A DNA stretch of 64,000 nt, from positions 366,773 to 430,772 of the forward strand of contig JBPOHV010000001.1 of assembly GCA_052035175.1 (NCBI GenBank), read 5' to 3'. Origin of the DNA: a candidate division WWE3 bacterium. GTDB lineage: Bacteria > Patescibacteriota > WWE3 > UBA101185 > UBA10185. The translations under genes and the position numbers were made by a program. The notes beneath the pieces were generated by a model that saw only the letters and a list, made by a program, of their open reading frames with translations, was not told where the DNA came from and did not search any database. This document shows positions 1 through 9,499 of the stretch, one piece after another; the stretch's first letter is position 1; the number at the start of each line of letters is the position of its first letter.

Positions 1-166
1 AAAAAAGAAGCAAAAGATTTGTTAAAACAAATACGGCCTTAACCTTATAATTCATTTAAAAGCTGCTTTGCTTTTTCTTTTGTTTTCTTTAAATAACCGT
101 CTGGGTCGTTTAATCCCAAAGTCATATCACAATACTGTTGTGCCAATAAATACCTTTTGTGGAATA

Positions 167-234
167 TTGGTATCGCAGTGCGAACCTACTGGTATCGCAC
201 TATCTACTGATAGTGCGTAGCTTACTGCTATAAT
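167..234 (+). promoter_or_regulatory. Promoter region with repeated GGTATCGCA(CTAT) motifs and TATAAT -10
   Basis: GGTATCGCAGTGCGA (168-182), GGTATCGCACTATC-TACT-GATAGTGCG perfect 9-bp palindrome (191-216), TATAAT at 229-234, 7 nt before ATG 241. Confidence 0.5.
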
Positions 235-240
235 TCAGGT

Positions 241-1392
241 ATGAAGATCTTATACGCTTTGAACTCGTCTCAGCCGGGAGGAATGGAGCACCATGTTTTA
301 GACTTGGTAGAAAGTATGGTCAACTTGGGGCATACAGTTTATGTATGGTTGCCAGAGGGTCCTCTAGTTTCAGACTTCGAAAAGTTGGGTGCAAAAGTGA
401 CATTAAAATACATAAAATATGAATGCGATTTTGCATATATTAGTGCTTTGATCAAATTTATAAAAGAAAATAAAGTAGAAGTTGTACATGGTCACGAAAT
501 AAAAGCAGTCATGAATGCATTGTTTGCTGCATGGCTTGCCGGTGTAAAAGCTAGAGTAGGGCATACACATACGCCAATTTCAGAATGGAATTTGACAGGT
601 CTATTAGGTATAAAAAAGTATGTGAATTTATTTTTTTATTTTATTTTTATAAACCTGTTTGTTTCATGCGAGATTGCATTGACTCCATCACGCAAAGAAA
701 TAAAAAAGAAAGAGGGTATTAGTACAAATAAGTTAGTAGTAATTCCCAATTGTGTGCGTATGTCTAAATTTGCATATTCATCTGAGCAACGTAGTTCTTT
801 TCGTAATGAAATTTTGACTAAATATGAAATGCCGTTGGATGCGATTGTTTTTGGCAATGTCAGTAGGATCAGCGAAGAAAAAGGGCATAAGATTTTGATT
901 GATGCTTTTGATGATTTTTGTAGTCGTGTAGCACATTCTGATAAGTATTATTTGCTGCTAGCTGGAGGTGGGCCTTTGGAAGCTGATTTAAAAGCGTATA
1001 TAAAAACCAAAAAGTTTTGTGCTCGTATGATCGTTACAGGTAGATTTGAAGCAGAACTTAATGCCAAATTTTTTGCTACATTCGATTTGTTTGTGCATCC
1101 GACCTTGGCAGAAGGGTTTGGAATAGTTATCATTGAGGCAATGTCTGCATGTATTCCTATAATTTGTTCAGATTTACCAGTACTCAAAGAAGTAGCTCAA
1201 GATCATGTGATGTATTTCAAAAAAGGAGATTCTCAAGATCTAAGTGAGAAATTATTTGACTTTACTATGCATGAACAGTTGTATAAATCAAAAACATCCT
1301 CAGCATATGATTTGGTAAAAAATAACTATACTTTAGAGTTGTTTGCACAAAATTATCAAAATTTGTATAAAAGACTTTTGACAAACCAATGA
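241..1392 (+). CDS. GT4-family glycosyltransferase
   Basis: C-terminal motif EGFGIVIIEAMSACIPIICSDLP, typical of GT-B GT1/GT4 retaining glycosyltransferases. N-terminal Glyco_trans_4-like region (VVHGHE). Internal hydrophobic insertion KKYVNLFFYFIFINLF. Confidence 0.8.
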   Translation: MKILYALNSSQPGGMEHHVLDLVESMVNLGHTVYVWLPEGPLVSDFEKLGAKVTLKYIKYECDFAYISALIKFIKENKVEVVHGHEIKAVMNALFAAWLAGVKARVGHTHTPISEWNLTGLLGIKKYVNLFFYFIFINLFVSCEIALTPSRKEIKKKEGISTNKLVVIPNCVRMSKFAYSSEQRSSFRNEILTKYEMPLDAIVFGNVSRISEEKGHKILIDAFDDFCSRVAHSDKYYLLLAGGGPLEADLKAYIKTKKFCARMIVTGRFEAELNAKFFATFDLFVHPTLAEGFGIVIIEAMSACIPIICSDLPVLKEVAQDHVMYFKKGDSQDLSEKLFDFTMHEQLYKSKTSSAYDLVKNNYTLELFAQNYQNLYKRLLTNQ

Positions 1393-4232
1393 TTGAACTT
1401 GTTGCACTTTTAGGAATCTTTATATGCTCATTATTTCTGATATATTACAGGTTTGAACTTTCAGTATATATTTTATTGGTTTTATCACTTTTATTACACA
1501 AAGAACTTTTTAGTTTTTATAGTTGGGATCTTTTGCCAATACGCGCGTTCATGGGAGCTTTAATTTGCGCGGGTGGTCTTAGAACATTCAATTATCTTAA
1601 AACTCATGATTTTAAGCCAACTAGTTTATTTCAATTTTTCAAAGACCCTTTTATTTTCTTTGTTTCTTTGCTTTGGTTAGTGCGTGGGGTTTCATTAGTA
1701 TTTTCAATGAACTTAAAGGCTAGTATTTTGTTATTTGTATTTTTCACTGGCGTTTGTACGTTATTGATTTGGTTTTATTTGGCTTTTAAAACAAAAAAAG
1801 ATGCAGTTTTGAAATACTTACACTTTTATGTGTTTCTAGTTTTTTTGCTCACGTTATTTGGTTATTTTCAAGTTTTTTTGTATTACAAGACCGGCATAAT
1901 AATTGGCGCGTTATGGAATATCCCAGATAATTTGCCACGCGTAGGTTCAACTTTTTGGGATGTAAATCATTATGCTGCATTATTGGGGACATTATTGCCA
2001 GTTGTAACAATATTCACAGTTACATCTAAATCTTGGAAAATGCGTTTGTTTAATGGTTTTATGGCTGTATCGATGTTAGGCGCTTACCTTTTGACTAATT
2101 CACGTTCTGGCTGGATTATAGGAGCTTTTTCATTTTTATTCTTTGTTATTTTCTTAGTAGTTAAAAAGATAGGGTACAAAGGTATCGCCTATGTTTTTAT
2201 TACTCTATTGCTCATAGCATTGCCTTTTTTGTATCAATACAATCAAAAGGATTCAAAATTTCGTGCAGATATACGTCAGTATTTTCATTATCGGTTAGAT
2301 TCTTTTGATTCACATTTCCTGTTGTTAACAGGTGCTTATCAAGTTTTTGAAGAGTATCCAATATTAGGTGGCGGTTATGGTAGTTTTTTTGAACACTTTA
2401 GTAAAACTAAAATTGCACCTGAATATTTTGGAAGAGACCCTGCTGCTTTAAATACGCGCGTACCTGCTCACACAATTTGGGGTGAACTTTTGGCTGATAC
2501 TGGAATCATAGGTTTAAATGCATTCATCCTTTTATTTGGAGTTTTAATAATAGTTCCATTTTTTGTTGGTTGGACAGAAAAAAGCTTTGAACTGTCTTTA
2601 CTACCCTTTGCTCTAGCTTCGACTATTATAGGTTGGCTGATTGGCGGTATCTTTTATTCGTATAATTCAGAATTTTTTTGGCTAGTTATAAGTTTGTTTT
2701 TTGTTTACGCTGTGTCATCACTGCAAGTTCATAATAAATGGAGATCTTTATTTGATTTCGTATTTACAAATGCAAAACTGCCGTTGATTGTTTTGTCGAC
2801 TCTGGCTGCTTTGCTTATATTTGTAGGGTTGGGAAGTAATCAGCTGATTCCTTGGGATGAAGCTATTTATGCAAAAGTTGCAAAAAATATGGTAACTAGT
2901 GGTGATTGGTTATCATTGCATTGGGATATGAAAGCATTGTGGTTTGAGAAACCACCATTATATATGTGGTTATCAGCTATGCTTATGTCGGTTTTTGGAT
3001 TTAGTTCTATAGTACCTAGATTACCATCGGCTATCTTTGGATTTTTATTGATAATTGTTACATATAAGTTTGCTTCAAAAATGTTCAATCGCACTGCTGG
3101 CTATATAGCTGGTCTTAGCCTATTAACAAATGTAGCAATACTTTATTATTCGCGTGCTTCTATGCTAGATGTGACTGCAACTTTCTTTATGACATCTGCG
3201 CTCTTTTTTTATGCAAAAGCAAGAAGTAAGTATTTATTTACAGATTCAACAAAAGAAGCTTTAAGTAACTGGGTATTAGCAGGACTATTTATAGGCATTG
3301 GAGCAATGGTAAAGGGAGTAGTTGGTTTATTGCCTTTGTTATGTATTGGTGTATTTGAAATATTTTTATTAGTAACTGAGCAAATTGATCTGAAAAGTTT
3401 TATAAAGAATTATTTTGTAATGTTCTCTGCAAGTTTGCTTACGTTTTTACCATGGCACCTATATATGTACTATTTGTACGGACCAATCTTTTTACAGAAT
3501 TATATTGGTTACCATGTGCTTGATCGTGCCACAAAATCGATTGAGGATAAAGGAAAACCACTATGGTGGTATTTGGAGGTTATGAAAGTTTTCATGCGCG
3601 TCTGGTTTGTGGCTTTGATACCTGCTGGTGTATACGCTACTTTTAAGTGTATTAAGTTATCAAATAAACATGTATTTTTAAGTGTTTCATCACTTGTTAT
3701 TTTACTTTTCTTTTCTGTTGCAACTTCAAAATTAGTTTGGTATATAATTCCAATTTACCCGCTGTTAGGTATTATTATTGGTGAGTTTGTAGATTGGGTG
3801 TACACCAAACTTACTTGGGTTTATGAATTTTCTGAGTATCGTTTGGTAAAAATACTTGCTTTGTATTTTATAACAGTTTTTGTTTTGAGTTATTTATTTT
3901 TTGTTAGAAGTATGGTTTATACTTCTGATACTACAGGTTCTCAAGCCAGATTGCTTATGGCAAAAGATGCGTTCTTTGGTATGGAACAAAAAGTTTTTGT
4001 CGATCGTATAGAGTTGCCTTTAGTTATGTATTATACAGATGGTCCATTTGAAATTTATGATATCGAAGTTACTAAAGGTAGATACCCATTTATTTCTCCT
4101 ACGGAAAAGTTAGTACTACTCACAAAGAAAGGCCGTTATTCTCCCACTTTACCAAATAGAAATTCTGAGGCAATTGTATATAAAGAAGATGGTGACTACG
4201 TGCTTTGGTATTTTAAGCCAGAGAGTTTATAG
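1389..4232 (+). CDS. Polytopic membrane protein: O-antigen ligase/polymerase-like domain fused to a GT-C (PMT/ArnT-like) glycosyltransferase domain
   Basis: 947 aa with many TM helices. N-terminal half has a Wzy_C-like signature (LTNSRSGWIIGAF). C-terminal half has LIPWDEAIYAKVAKNMVTSGDWLSLHWDM...FEKPPLYMW, typical of ArnT/PMT GT39/GT83 enzymes. Start overlaps the stop of the upstream GT (ATGA). Confidence 0.65.
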   Translation: MIELVALLGIFICSLFLIYYRFELSVYILLVLSLLLHKELFSFYSWDLLPIRAFMGALICAGGLRTFNYLKTHDFKPTSLFQFFKDPFIFFVSLLWLVRGVSLVFSMNLKASILLFVFFTGVCTLLIWFYLAFKTKKDAVLKYLHFYVFLVFLLTLFGYFQVFLYYKTGIIIGALWNIPDNLPRVGSTFWDVNHYAALLGTLLPVVTIFTVTSKSWKMRLFNGFMAVSMLGAYLLTNSRSGWIIGAFSFLFFVIFLVVKKIGYKGIAYVFITLLLIALPFLYQYNQKDSKFRADIRQYFHYRLDSFDSHFLLLTGAYQVFEEYPILGGGYGSFFEHFSKTKIAPEYFGRDPAALNTRVPAHTIWGELLADTGIIGLNAFILLFGVLIIVPFFVGWTEKSFELSLLPFALASTIIGWLIGGIFYSYNSEFFWLVISLFFVYAVSSLQVHNKWRSLFDFVFTNAKLPLIVLSTLAALLIFVGLGSNQLIPWDEAIYAKVAKNMVTSGDWLSLHWDMKALWFEKPPLYMWLSAMLMSVFGFSSIVPRLPSAIFGFLLIIVTYKFASKMFNRTAGYIAGLSLLTNVAILYYSRASMLDVTATFFMTSALFFYAKARSKYLFTDSTKEALSNWVLAGLFIGIGAMVKGVVGLLPLLCIGVFEIFLLVTEQIDLKSFIKNYFVMFSASLLTFLPWHLYMYYLYGPIFLQNYIGYHVLDRATKSIEDKGKPLWWYLEVMKVFMRVWFVALIPAGVYATFKCIKLSNKHVFLSVSSLVILLFFSVATSKLVWYIIPIYPLLGIIIGEFVDWVYTKLTWVYEFSEYRLVKILALYFITVFVLSYLFFVRSMVYTSDTTGSQARLLMAKDAFFGMEQKVFVDRIELPLVMYYTDGPFEIYDIEVTKGRYPFISPTEKLVLLTKKGRYSPTLPNRNSEAIVYKEDGDYVLWYFKPESL

Positions 4233-4234
4233 CA

Positions 4235-5104
4235 ATGACGCTAGAAGAAAAAACACAGAAATTTTTGGACTTTCTCAAATTCGAGTTTCCTCTTGATTAC
4301 GAAAATATATTGGCATCTTTGTCTCAGACTTATCCTACAACTTTCAGAATCAATACACTCAAATATGAACCAGATCATGTTTTGTCTTTATTGGAAGACG
4401 ATGGTTTTGTTGTCGAGAACGCAGATTTAGAAAATAGCTATATCGTGAAGTCAAATCGATTTGAAAAGCCGCTGTCATATAGTTATTTGTTTGAGAAACA
4501 ATATGTATATATTCAAAGCTTATCTAGCATGCTACCAGTTAGTTCATTGGCACCGCAGAAAGGTGAGCATATTTTAGATTTATGCGCTGCGCCTGGTAGT
4601 AAAACTTTGCAGATTGCATCACTTACAAATAATGCTGCGAGTGTTGTAGCCGTTGACAACAACAAAACCCGCTTTTACAGATTACAAGCTTTATTGAACT
4701 CATATGACGCAAGAAATATTAGTTTTATATGTGCAAATGGTGCACTTTTATACAAAACTCACCCAGCATATCAAGGCTATTTTGATAGAGTATTGCTAGA
4801 TGCGCCGTGTTCTAATGAAGGTAACATAACTTTTACAGATATGCGCACTGTTAATTATTGGCACCCACGTTTACCCAAAAAGTTATCAAAGCTACAAAAG
4901 AGTTTGCTTTATTCTGCATTAATGCTTTTGCGTCCAGGAGGGACTATGGTTTATTCGACTTGCACTTTGAATACACTAGAAAATGAAGAGGTTGTAAACT
5001 GGGCATTGGACAAGTTCAAAAATCTAAGTCTAGTCGAATCCAAAAGGATTTTACCTAACGGCTTATACAAAGGTTTTTATTATGCGAAGTTAATACTGAT
5101 ATGA
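4235..5104 (+). CDS. RsmB/Sun (NOL1/NOP2) family rRNA cytosine-C5 methyltransferase
   Basis: SAM-binding motif DLCAAPGSKT and catalytic-region motif LLDAPCSNEG. Confidence 0.75.
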   Translation: MTLEEKTQKFLDFLKFEFPLDYENILASLSQTYPTTFRINTLKYEPDHVLSLLEDDGFVVENADLENSYIVKSNRFEKPLSYSYLFEKQYVYIQSLSSMLPVSSLAPQKGEHILDLCAAPGSKTLQIASLTNNAASVVAVDNNKTRFYRLQALLNSYDARNISFICANGALLYKTHPAYQGYFDRVLLDAPCSNEGNITFTDMRTVNYWHPRLPKKLSKLQKSLLYSALMLLRPGGTMVYSTCTLNTLENEEVVNWALDKFKNLSLVESKRILPNGLYKGFYYAKLILI

Positions 5105-5114
5105 CATCTCTGTA

Positions 5115-5206
5115 GATATGTCTACCTGCGGTATAGCACTATGTGCTAACCTTGCTGGTATAGCACTATTTGCTTATCATACTGATATGTCTACCTGCGG
5201 TATAAT
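5115..5206 (+). promoter_or_regulatory. Promoter region of the ABC-F gene with the same GGTATAGCACTAT motif and direct repeats
   Basis: GATATGTCTACCTGCGGTATA duplicated (5115-5135 and 5183-5203). GGTATAGCACTAT duplicated (5130-5142 and 5157-5169). TATAAT at 5201-5206. Confidence 0.5.
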
Positions 5207-5212
5207 CAGCGC

Positions 5213-6655
5213 ATGATAATAGTCAAAGGGCTTGAAATAAAGTTTGGCGAGCGCTTAATTTTACAAAATGCCAACTTTTTCTTGGGAAACGGGAAGAAGA
5301 TAGGTGTTGTGGGTAAAAATGGATGTGGTAAGTCGACTTTATTTAGAGTTCTTACTAACAATGAAATATATACAGATGGTCATATAGACATTCAACACGA
5401 AATTATTGGGTATATTCCTCAAGAATTTACGTTTCCTGATGAAATGGTGGGGGAGTATTTAGAAAAGTTTTTAGAATCTACGTGGGATTTTTACAAAATA
5501 GAAATGTATGCCGAACAAGTAGAGTTCACGAACTTTGATATATATCAGCCGCTTAACACGCTAAGCGAAGGTCAGAAAATGAAAGTTAAGTTAATAGAAA
5601 CAATGTTGAAAGATGCGACGACACTTTTCATTGATGAACCAACAAATCATTTGGATATCGAAGGTATTATGTGGTTTGAAAATTATGTCAAAAGTCTAAA
5701 TACTACTGTCGTAATGATTTCACATGATAGATCATTTCTAAACCATACCGTAGATGAAATCTGGGAAATTGATAAATTTGAACTTTTTCAATTTGTAGGA
5801 GATTACGATAATTACAAAGAACAAAAGCTTAAGCTTATAGATAAGTGGAATCAAGAATACGTAATGTTTCTCAAGAAAAAAGCACAGCTAGAAGTGTTGC
5901 TTGAGAATGTTCGTAAAATTAAAGATGGTAAAAAGCGTGGTCGAGCAGTACAAGCTGCAAAAGCAAGAATCGATCGAGAATTGAATTCTGATAAAAAAGA
6001 AAAGTATGTATCCAAAAAAGTTAGCTTGATGGAGTTCAATACTGAAGCTCATCAAAAGAAATTGATGCTTGGTGTAGAGAATTTAGAAAAGAAATATGGT
6101 GAAAAATTAATATTCAAAGACTTAAGTTTTGAACTGCGTGGTACAGATAAGCTCTGGTTGCTTGGTCCAAATGGTGCGGGTAAATCTACTTTGGTAAAAA
6201 TAATTATGGGAGAAGAGCCTATTACAAACGGAAACGTGAAGCTTGGTTACAATGTGAAAATCGGGTATTTCTCTCAAGTGCAAAAGCAGTTGAATCTAGA
6301 AAATGTCGCTCTCGAAGAATTTATTGCAAAGACCAAGTGTTTTCATGCAGAAGCTTATGGTTATCTCAAAAAGTTTTTATTTGATAAAAATGCTTTGAAA
6401 AAGCAAGTAAAGTTTTTTAGCCCTGGCGAACGCGCGAGATTTGCTTTTTCTATTTTTGCTTACTTTGACTATGATTTATTGATTTTGGACGAACCTGATA
6501 ATCATTTGGATATCGAGACAAAAGAGGTAATGGAAACAAGCTTGCGCGAATTTAAAGGAGCAGTATTACTAGTTTCGCACGATAGATATTTTGTAGAAAG
6601 TGTAGGTGTTGATCAAGTACTGAATCTTAAAGAAGGTGTGATTAGTTACTATTGA
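5213..6655 (+). CDS. ABC-F family ATPase (two tandem ABC domains, no TMD; EttA/Uup-like translation factor)
   Basis: Two Walker A motifs (GKNGCGKSTL and GPNGAGKSTL), LSEGQK/FSPGER signature motifs, and a charged linker between the domains. Confidence 0.85.
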   Translation: MIIVKGLEIKFGERLILQNANFFLGNGKKIGVVGKNGCGKSTLFRVLTNNEIYTDGHIDIQHEIIGYIPQEFTFPDEMVGEYLEKFLESTWDFYKIEMYAEQVEFTNFDIYQPLNTLSEGQKMKVKLIETMLKDATTLFIDEPTNHLDIEGIMWFENYVKSLNTTVVMISHDRSFLNHTVDEIWEIDKFELFQFVGDYDNYKEQKLKLIDKWNQEYVMFLKKKAQLEVLLENVRKIKDGKKRGRAVQAAKARIDRELNSDKKEKYVSKKVSLMEFNTEAHQKKLMLGVENLEKKYGEKLIFKDLSFELRGTDKLWLLGPNGAGKSTLVKIIMGEEPITNGNVKLGYNVKIGYFSQVQKQLNLENVALEEFIAKTKCFHAEAYGYLKKFLFDKNALKKQVKFFSPGERARFAFSIFAYFDYDLLILDEPDNHLDIETKEVMETSLREFKGAVLLVSHDRYFVESVGVDQVLNLKEGVISYY

Positions 6656-6679
6656 TGCTTCTTCTGTTAAAATTTTCTT

Positions 6680-7102
6680 ATGTCTACTTTTAAAAGGTTT
6701 GGAGAGCAGCATAAAAGAGAAAATCCATATGACGGCATTGTTTTACTAGTTGGTGTCGATTTAAAAAACAAAGACTATTTTGATATTACATATAAACATG
6801 CCGAGGCATTGGGCAAACATGATTTATATAGTAATGATAGGAATCCAGATGAAACAGAAACTGCAGATGTTCTTAGAGAGAAGGTAATACAAACATATGA
6901 AGAGCTTGGTATATACTCTAGGCAAAATAATAGGTGGCATCAGATAACAGCTCAAAGACACGATGATATAGCAGCTTGGTTAATTATTTTTAATAAGATC
7001 AGCCTACCTCCATTGGTAAACATAAATACATATACAGGACTTACTGCTGCTGTTAATTATATTGACCCTACTTTGAGAAAAAGACCTCCGTGGTTAAGAT
7101 AA
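6680..7102 (+). CDS. hypothetical protein
   Basis: 140-aa ORF filling the gap between ABC-F and the flippase. No recognisable motif. Confidence 0.4.
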   Translation: MSTFKRFGEQHKRENPYDGIVLLVGVDLKNKDYFDITYKHAEALGKHDLYSNDRNPDETETADVLREKVIQTYEELGIYSRQNNRWHQITAQRHDDIAAWLIIFNKISLPPLVNINTYTGLTAAVNYIDPTLRKRPPWLR

Positions 7103-7105
7103 GGT

Positions 7106-8302
7106 TTAGGCTTTGTTGCCAATATACGATAATGTTATACACACAGCACTCACTGCAGCAATCAATTGAGCCCAGGCAATTCCATATAGTCCATACATGT
7201 TGCCTAATACAAACGTACATATAAGCACTACAGTTAATTTGGTAAGACTGATTTTCAATAACTTATCAGTTTTATCTTCGACAAAAAAATAATTTTCCAT
7301 AAAAGAATGTATAGCTGTTAGTGCGTAAGCAAAAATTAATACACTTACTATTCCAATACTTTGATCAAATTTGTCCCCGAAAGCGATTTGTAAAAAGAAG
7401 TGAGACACAAATATTGCTAACACTGCTAATATCAAAATCAGCCCCGCAATAATTCCAGTTTCTATATAGTCGTATTTTAATTTATCTTTTTTGCGCAAAG
7501 AATTTTTTGGCAGTAAGACTGTAAATACAGAAATAGACGCAAGCGAAAAGATCGCAGACATTTTGTCAGCAATCGAATAAATACCTACAGAAAAATTCCC
7601 ACCAAAATATTTTGCGCTTATATTTGAAATATTAGATAAACTTTCGCTGATCATTTGAGATGTACCAGCAGGAAATGCTAATAATAGATAACTTCTGACA
7701 TTAGAAAAATTAAATCTGAGTTTTTTATATTCAGGTGGTAAAAACCAAATTAACGCGATACTTGGTAATACTGATAAAGCAAATACAGCAATATACGTAG
7801 TTGCCTGTACATTAGAAATCAAATTAAGAAAAATGAATAATCCAAATGTACCTTTTATAATAGCTGGAATAAAATTTGTAATGATAAGCAACCAGTACTT
7901 CTCGTATTTTTGAAATATTGAATACAGCGAGAAATTCAGCATATAAAAGAAAACTCCGAGTATAAATATTAAAAGAGTTTTTAAATCAAAAGAATAAACT
8001 TTCGAAATGATTAAAGATATGGGTAGCGTAATTAGAGATAAGAGCACTTTTGTAGAGAAGAATGCAGAGATTAGTTCTTGAGAAGTTTCTATTTTTAAGG
8101 CTTTTGTTACGTATATATTATTTGTTCCAAAGTCGGTGAACTTGGCCACAAAAACCAATAAAGACGTGACGAGCATGTAAAATCCAAATTCGTTTACAGG
8201 CAATTTTGCAGCCCCAGCTGATATGAGTATTAAAGCAAGCAGTGAATTGACCAAGTGCCCAATTCCTACAAAAGCGATAATAGGTAATGACTTTTTTATC
8301 AT
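7106..8302 (-). CDS. Polysaccharide biosynthesis flippase (Wzx/MOP superfamily-like)
   Basis: 398 aa, about 12 predicted TM helices. Sits in the glycosyltransferase cluster. Composition typical of oligosaccharide-unit flippases. Confidence 0.65.
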   Translation of the reverse strand: MIKKSLPIIAFVGIGHLVNSLLALILISAGAAKLPVNEFGFYMLVTSLLVFVAKFTDFGTNNIYVTKALKIETSQELISAFFSTKVLLSLITLPISLIISKVYSFDLKTLLIFILGVFFYMLNFSLYSIFQKYEKYWLLIITNFIPAIIKGTFGLFIFLNLISNVQATTYIAVFALSVLPSIALIWFLPPEYKKLRFNFSNVRSYLLLAFPAGTSQMISESLSNISNISAKYFGGNFSVGIYSIADKMSAIFSLASISVFTVLLPKNSLRKKDKLKYDYIETGIIAGLILILAVLAIFVSHFFLQIAFGDKFDQSIGIVSVLIFAYALTAIHSFMENYFFVEDKTDKLLKISLTKLTVVLICTFVLGNMYGLYGIAWAQLIAAVSAVCITLSYIGNKA

Positions 8303-8338
8303 AGTTTTCGAGTTATGTACTCCTGATATAATAGCATC

Positions 8339-9499
8339 ATGTCAAGACGCATTGGTATAGATGCTAGGTTTTATGGTAAAGCTGGGCCAGGAAGATACAC
8401 AAAGAACATAGTTCAGCATTTGGAAAAAGTTGATACACAAAACGAATATCTAATCTTTTTAACAAAAGAAGGGTATGACATGTATACACCCAAAAATGCT
8501 AATTTTCACAAAGTGCTAGCAGATTATCATTGGTATTCATTTGAAGAACAATTTGGGTTTCTTTGGTTATTATTAAAAAGCAAGCTAGATCTGTATTATG
8601 TTCCACATTTTAATATTCCAGTGTTATACCCAGGAAAAATAATAACAGCTATCCCAGATATGACGATGCATAAATTTAGCACAGAGAAAGGTACTACTCT
8701 GCCTATTTGGTATTTTAGACTTAAAAAATACGTATACAAAGCTGTGTTTTGGTGGGCAGTATTTAGATCGCAAAAAGTTATCGTGCCTTCGCAAACTGTT
8801 TTGAATGACTTTCTGTCTAATCTAAATTTTTCAAATGATAAATATGTTTTGGTCTTAGAAGGAGTTGATCCAGATTTGTTACATATTGATGTAGATGTAG
8901 AAAAAGTTTTGGCTAAGTATCGAGTTACAAAACCCTTTATTTTATATGTAAGTAGTATGTATGAGCATAAGAATGTGCCAGGCTTGATAGAAATGTTTAA
9001 GCTATTGGTTGAAAAATATGGTTATAAAGGTAATTTTGTACTCGTAAGTAAAAAAGATAAATTTTCACAAAGAGTTTATCAACAAATAAAAGCTATGGGA
9101 TATCAAGATAAAATCTTATTTCCTGCATTTAGAGTTGATTCAGATCAAGATATTGTAGTTTCTGATAGCGAAGTTGTTGCGTTTCGTAGATCTGCAGATT
9201 TGTATGTGTTCGCATCTTTTACCGAAGGTTTTAGTTTGACTGCTTTAGAAGGTATGGTAGAAGGCTTACCAGCAGTGCTTTCTGATATTGATTGTCATCG
9301 AGAAATTTATGAAGATTCCGTTTTGTATTGTGATCCTCATAATCCAAGTGATATAGCAGAAAAAGTGAATACTATGCTGACAGATAAATCATTGTTTGAT
9401 GAATATAAGAAAAGAGGGTATGAGCAAATAAAGAAATACGATTGGCTAAAAACTGCAGAGATCACTTTAGATGTTTTTAAGTCATCATTGGAGATTTAA
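8339..9499 (+). CDS. GT4-family glycosyltransferase
   Basis: Motif FTEGFSLTALEGMVEGLPAVLSD (E-x7-E GT4 signature). Confidence 0.8.
   Translation: MSRRIGIDARFYGKAGPGRYTKNIVQHLEKVDTQNEYLIFLTKEGYDMYTPKNANFHKVLADYHWYSFEEQFGFLWLLLKSKLDLYYVPHFNIPVLYPGKIITAIPDMTMHKFSTEKGTTLPIWYFRLKKYVYKAVFWWAVFRSQKVIVPSQTVLNDFLSNLNFSNDKYVLVLEGVDPDLLHIDVDVEKVLAKYRVTKPFILYVSSMYEHKNVPGLIEMFKLLVEKYGYKGNFVLVSKKDKFSQRVYQQIKAMGYQDKILFPAFRVDSDQDIVVSDSEVVAFRRSADLYVFASFTEGFSLTALEGMVEGLPAVLSDIDCHREIYEDSVLYCDPHNPSDIAEKVNTMLTDKSLFDEYKKRGYEQIKKYDWLKTAEITLDVFKSSLEI

Noticed and set aside
601-700. Hydrophobic insertion (KKYVNLFFYFIFINLFVSCEIALTPS) in the first GT4 as evidence of a frameshift or gene fusion
   Set aside because: The reading frame is continuous, and both GT-B half-domains are in frame on either side. 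It is more likely a lineage-specific membrane-association loop. It is noted only in the feature evidence.
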